Of a stretch of 64,000 bases of DNA, positions 59,395-64,000 are shown piece by piece. A model generated the notes under the pieces. It was not told the origin of the DNA and did not search any database. It saw only the letters and a program-made list of their open reading frames with translations. Positions within the stretch are counted from its first letter, which is position 1. Each line of letters begins with the position of its first letter. Source of the DNA: Mobula hypostoma (Eukaryota); contig NC_086097.1 of the NCBI RefSeq assembly GCF_963921235.1, positions 239,570,001 to 239,634,000 on the forward strand, read 5' to 3'. Made by a program: the position numbers and the translations under genes.

Positions 59395-62146
59395 GGGTGC
59401 CCAGAGAACCCAGGTGGGAAGGGACACTACCCAGTGATAACAAGAGAGGCAGAAGAGGAACCCATTGTTCAGGTTGTGTTAGAAGGGCAGCTGACACCAA
59501 TGATGATAGATACTGGAGCCACGTATACTTGCGTACAGCCGCAGTATGCCCTTCACCTTCCCATGTCAGGAAAATTTATTAAAACTATAGGGTTCTCGGG
59601 AAAAACACAGTTGACACAATGTACAGCTCCAGTGAAATTAAGGATGGGCAGCAAAGGAATAGTTTTGCCGATATTAGTGTCCAAAGGAACTCCGGTGAAT
59701 TTGCTAGGCAGAGATGCCCTATTAAAACTAGAATTAAAATTAGAATGTACCAGAAGTGGCTTGAGTGTGGGGAGAGTAAATGCTCAATTACTAGTGCGGG
59801 AAGTCAAGAAAGCTAATGTTTTTTGGATAGGAGACATACAAGGTCAGATCTGGGAAACCTGGAAAAAATGGAAAAGGGGCGTGCAGGCTATATTGCCCCA
59901 GGCCATAGCGCCCAAATCCGAGTTACATTGCACAGTGATTTTTGACGAAACTCAGAACAGAGAGTTAGGGGAGAGATGGTACAAGGAGGCAGGCAACCAG
60001 CAGCACCTAAGAGGAGAAGCTATAATAATTGGGAGACAAGGGGCAGCCCTGCAAGTCAGGTGGAATACCTTCTTGGAGAAATGGTACAGGATACTGGAAG
60101 CTAAGCCCCACATAACGCTGCTGGTAAATGAGGGACATCAGTCTAAAGACCTAGGACCCTTAGTAAAGCGCGCTGGAACCGTAGCAGTGTGGAGGAAAAT
60201 TATGCCACAGGTGTGGGTATCGGGAGACGACGACTACTTTAAAATAGAGGTAGATATAGATATGGTAGGAACAGCAAAGGAGGTCGAAGTAACTCCCCAA
60301 CCACACCTGACGTTATTGGGTAAGGAGGAAGGCCAGCAGAGAGATAACAAGCTAGATAGGTTACCATCTATTCTGTGGTCACAACATGACACGGATGTAG
60401 GGAAAATAAGAATAGCCAGTCCGGTAGAAATAAAGCTGAAAAGGGGAGCAGCTCCACCCAGGAGACCACAATATCCTTTGAAACCAGAGGCAGAAGAGGG
60501 AATAGCGCCAACGATACAGGGGCTACTGGAGGCAGGAGTACTCAAAAGGACAGACAGCCCATGTAATACCCCACTGTTACCTGTCCTTAAAGCGGATAAG
60601 TCTAAATGGAGACTGGTGCGTGACTTGCGAGCGGTGAATGGGGTAGTGGAGGACTGGCCAGCGGTAGTTCCCAATCCACACACGCTCTTGACTAATGTTC
60701 CACCAGAGGCAGACTATTTTTCGGTGATTGATTTGTGTTCGGCTTTTTACAGCGTTCCCCTGGCAGATCAGTGTCAGTACCTATTTGCATTTACATACAG
60801 AGACAACCAGTATACCTACACTAGAATGCCTCAAGGATTTAAACATTCACCACACGTATTTAATCAAGTGTTAAAGGCAGACCTAGAGGGCATATCGTTG
60901 GAAAGTACATTGATACAGTATGTGGATGATTTGTTAATTTGCTCTGAAAGTGAGGGACAGTGTGAACAGGATACCATAACCCTTTTAGAGAGACTGGCGC
61001 ATGGAGGGCATAAGGTATCTAGAAAGAAGCTGCAATTTTGCAAGCAACAGGTAGAATACCAAGGTAGAGTGATATCCAAGGGAGCGAAGGCGATAGCGCC
61101 GGATCAAATTGAGGCTACAACTAAAGATCCCAAGCCCCAGACAGTGAGACAGATGATGACGTTTCTGGGACTGACAGGATATAGTTCAGATTGGATTGGG
61201 GAATATGCTGAAATTGTAACGCCACTAAGCAAATTAATGAAGGAAGCAGGACATACAAGCTTGAAGAGTAATCTACAGTGGAATGAGGAGGCGGAAGTGG
61301 CTTTCAATACTATAAAGCAGGAATTGCAGTCAGCCCCAGCATTAGCTTTGCCTGACTACGAGAAGGCTTTTCATCTGTACGTATCCAACCGACAGGAAGG
61401 CTATGCCGCCGCAGTTCTAACGCAGGAGACTGGCACAGGTAAAGCAAAGCAACCGATAGCGTACTACAGTGCGAAACTGGATGAGGTGGCTCAGGGGTAC
61501 CCACCTTGTTACCAGGGATTGGCGGCACTATACTATGCATATGAAAAGGCATCATCCGTAACCATGGGCTATCCTGTGATTCTGTACACACACCACAAGG
61601 TAGCAGAATTACTGGAAAGAGGGAAATTCGTGTTGACACCAGCCAGGATAGCAGCATATCAGATGCTACTGACATTTCCAGACATAACTATACAGAGATG
61701 CACCACCAGTAACATAGCTGATTATGTCCCTTTAGGGTATGAAGGAGAACCCCATGATTGTGTAGGGGAAACAATGACGTTCGCTAAATTGAGAGCAGAT
61801 TTACGATCAGAACCATTAGAGGACGAAGATAAAAAGGTCCTGTTCATAGATGGCTCTTGTTACAGAGATCACGATGGGAATCACGCAGGGTTCTCAGTAG
61901 TGCAACAGGATCAGGCAGACTTCAAGGTCATCAGAATAGAAGCTTGCCCCCAACCATGCTCCGCCCAGCTAGCGGAAACCAGAGCTTTGACGGCAGCGTG
62001 TGAAATGATGGAAGGAGAGAAAGTAGATATCTATATAGATTCAGAATATGCTCATGGAGTGTGTCATTTGTTTGGGGCAGTGTGGAAACAGAGAGGTTTT
62101 AAAAAGAGCAATGGAGATCCCATACAGCACTATCAGCAGATTTTAG
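59395..62146 (+). CDS. pol: ERV pro-pol (protease, 2H-phosphoesterase-like domain, RT, tether, RNase H), open until the CR1 junction; integrase not in the window
   Basis: MIDTGAT (59509), NLLGRDAL, LHCTV (59926) and PHITL (60109), WRLVRDLRAVN, DLCSAFYSVPL, RMPQGFKHSP, QYVDDLL (60919), LALPDY...PIAYYS, FIDGS (61849)...SAQLAE...IYIDSEYA. Confidence 0.92.
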
Positions 62147-64000
62147 AAACATAGAAAATAGGTGCAGGAGTAGGCCATTCGGCCCTTCGTGCCTGCACCG
62201 CCATTTATTATGATCATGGCTGATCATCCAACTCAGAACCCCGCCCCAGCCTTCCCTCCATACCCCCTGACCCCCGTAGCCACAAGGGCCATATCTAACT
62301 CCCTCTTAAATATAGCCAATGAACTGGCCTCAACTGTTTCCTGTGGCAGAGAATTCCACAGATTCACCACTCTCTGTGTGAAGAAGTTTTTCCTAATCTC
62401 GGTCCTAAAAGGCTTCCCCTTTATCCTCAAACTGTGACCCCTTGTTCTGGACTTCCCCAACATCGGGAACAATCTTCCTGCATCTAGCCTGTCCAATCCC
62501 TTTAGGATTTTATACGTTTCAATCAGATCCCCCCTCAATCTTCTAAATTCCAATGAGTACAAGCCCAGTTCATCCAGTCTTTCTTCATATGAAAGTCCTG
62601 CCATCCCAGGAATCAATCTGGTGAACCTTCTTTGTACTCCCTCTATGGCAAGGATGTCTTTCCTCAGATTAGGGGACCAAAACTGCACACAATACTCCAG
62701 GTGTGGTCTCACCAAGGCCTTGTACAAGTGCAGTAGTACCTCCCTGCTCCTGTACTCGAATCCTCTCGCTATAAATGCCAGCATACCATTCACCTTTTTC
62801 ACCGCCTGCTGTACCTGCATGCCCACTTTCAATGACTGGTGTATAATGACACCCAGGTCTCGTTGCACCTCCCCTTTTCCTAATCGGCCACCATTCAGAT
62901 AATAATCTGTTTTCGTATTTTTGCCACCAAAGTGGATAACTTCACATTTATCCACATTAAATTGCATCTGCCATGAATTTGCCCACTCACCCAACCTATC
63001 CAAGTCACTCTGCATCCTCTTAGCATCCTTCTCACAGCTAACACTGCCACCCAGCTTCGTGTCATCTGCAAACTTGAAGATGCTGCATTTAATTCCCTCA
63101 TCCAAGTCATTAATATATATTGTAAACAACTGGGGTCCCAGCACTGAGCCTTGCGGTACCCCACTAGTCACCGCCTGCCATTCTGAAAAGGTCCCGTTTA
63201 TTCCCACTCTTTGCTTCCTGTCTGCTAACCAATTCTCCATCCACATCAATACCTTACCCCCAATACCGTCTGCTTTAAGTTTGCACACTAATCTCCTGTG
63301 TGGGACCTTGTCAAAAGCCTTTTGAAAATCTAAATATACTACATCCACTGGTTCTCCCCATCCACTCTACTAGTTACGTCCTCAAAAAATTCTATGAGAT
63401 TCGTCAGACATGATTTTCCTTTCACAAATCCATGCTGACTTTGTCCAATGATTTCATCGCTTTCCAAATGTGCTGTTATCACATCTTTGATAACTGACTC
63501 CAGCAGTTTCCCCACCACCAACGTTAGGCTAACCAGTCTATAATTCCCTGGTTTCTCTCTCCCTCCTTTTTTAAAAAGTGGGGTTACATTAGCCACCCTC
63601 CAATCCTCAGGAACTAGTCCAGAATCTAACGAGTTTTGAAAAATTATCACTAATGCATCCACTATTTCTTGGGCTACTTCCTTAAGCACTCTAGGATGCA
63701 GACCATCTGGCCCTGGGGATTTATCTGCCTTCAATCCCTTCAATTTACCTAACACCACTTCCCTACTAACATGTATTTCACTCAGTTCCTCCATCTCACT
63801 GGACCCTCTGTCCCCTACTATTTCTGGAAGATTATTTATGTCCTCCTTAGTGAAGACAGAACCAAAGTAATTATTCAATTGGTCTGCCATGTCCTTGCTC
63901 CCCATAATCAATTCACCTGTTTCTGTCTGTAGGGGACCTACATTTGTCTTTACCAGTCTTTTCCTTTTTACATATCTATAAAAGCTTTTACAGTCCATTT
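62144..64000 (-). mobile_element. Young CR1 LINE ORF2 (runs off the window), inserted in ERV RNase H
   Basis: ORFs 63339-63998 and 62233-63348 are joined by one frameshift. All CR1 RT motifs are present, and the tail TAGAAACATAGAAAATAGG lies at the junction. Confidence 0.96.

Larger units (their letters stand above)
55994..62146 (+). mobile_element. Endogenous retrovirus (class I, gamma/epsilon-related fish type): 5' LTR-gag-pro-2H-RT-RNase H, interrupted by CR1
   Basis: LTR, PBS, gag motifs, TAG read-through junction, DTG protease, YVDD RT, and a tether plus a second RNase H (the retroviral rather than gypsy arrangement). Confidence 0.92.

Noticed and set aside
42014..60310. Functional link between hammerhead products (2',3'-cyclic phosphate ends) and the ERV 2H domain
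   Set aside because: Chemically suggestive, but the elements are independent insertions and Penelope tails are so abundant here that proximity is expected by chance.
60298..60318. Third HxT motif (PHLTL) in Pol
   Set aside because: It lies at the linker just before the RT start. A 2H fold needs only two motifs, and the first two fit the CNPase pattern better, so this is probably incidental.
55994..62146. Ty3/gypsy LTR retrotransposon interpretation
   Set aside because: The tether plus second RNase H, WPxxGTF matrix motif, late domains and amber read-through junction favour a true retrovirus.

Overview
Eukaryotic, AT-rich, repeat-saturated vertebrate DNA. It is probably an elasmobranch (shark or ray), inferred from the HE1-like V-SINEs and the dominance of CR1, Rex1/Babar and Penelope repeats. 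No host protein-coding gene could be supported. The window is a nested mosaic of CR1 LINEs (some young), Rex1/Babar LINEs, R4/Dong and L1 fragments, Penelope-like elements carrying minimal hammerhead ribozymes, tRNA-derived SINEs, small Tc1/pogo and hAT MITEs, a putative solo LTR, and a 41-bp minisatellite (about 18.05-19.42 kb). The most informative object is an endogenous retrovirus at about 56.0-62.15 kb. It has a 5' LTR, a tRNA-Ser(CGA)-type primer-binding site, a frameshifted gag with LYPDL and PPPY late domains and a CCHC knuckle, and an in-frame amber gag-pol junction. Its open pol (PR-RT-tether-RNase H) carries an extra CNPase-like 2H-phosphoesterase module (LHCTV...PHITL) between protease and RT. 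The ERV sits in the 3' end of a Neptune-like Penelope element and is itself cut by a young CR1. Family names come from motif recognition, not database searches. Boundaries of old repeats are approximate.
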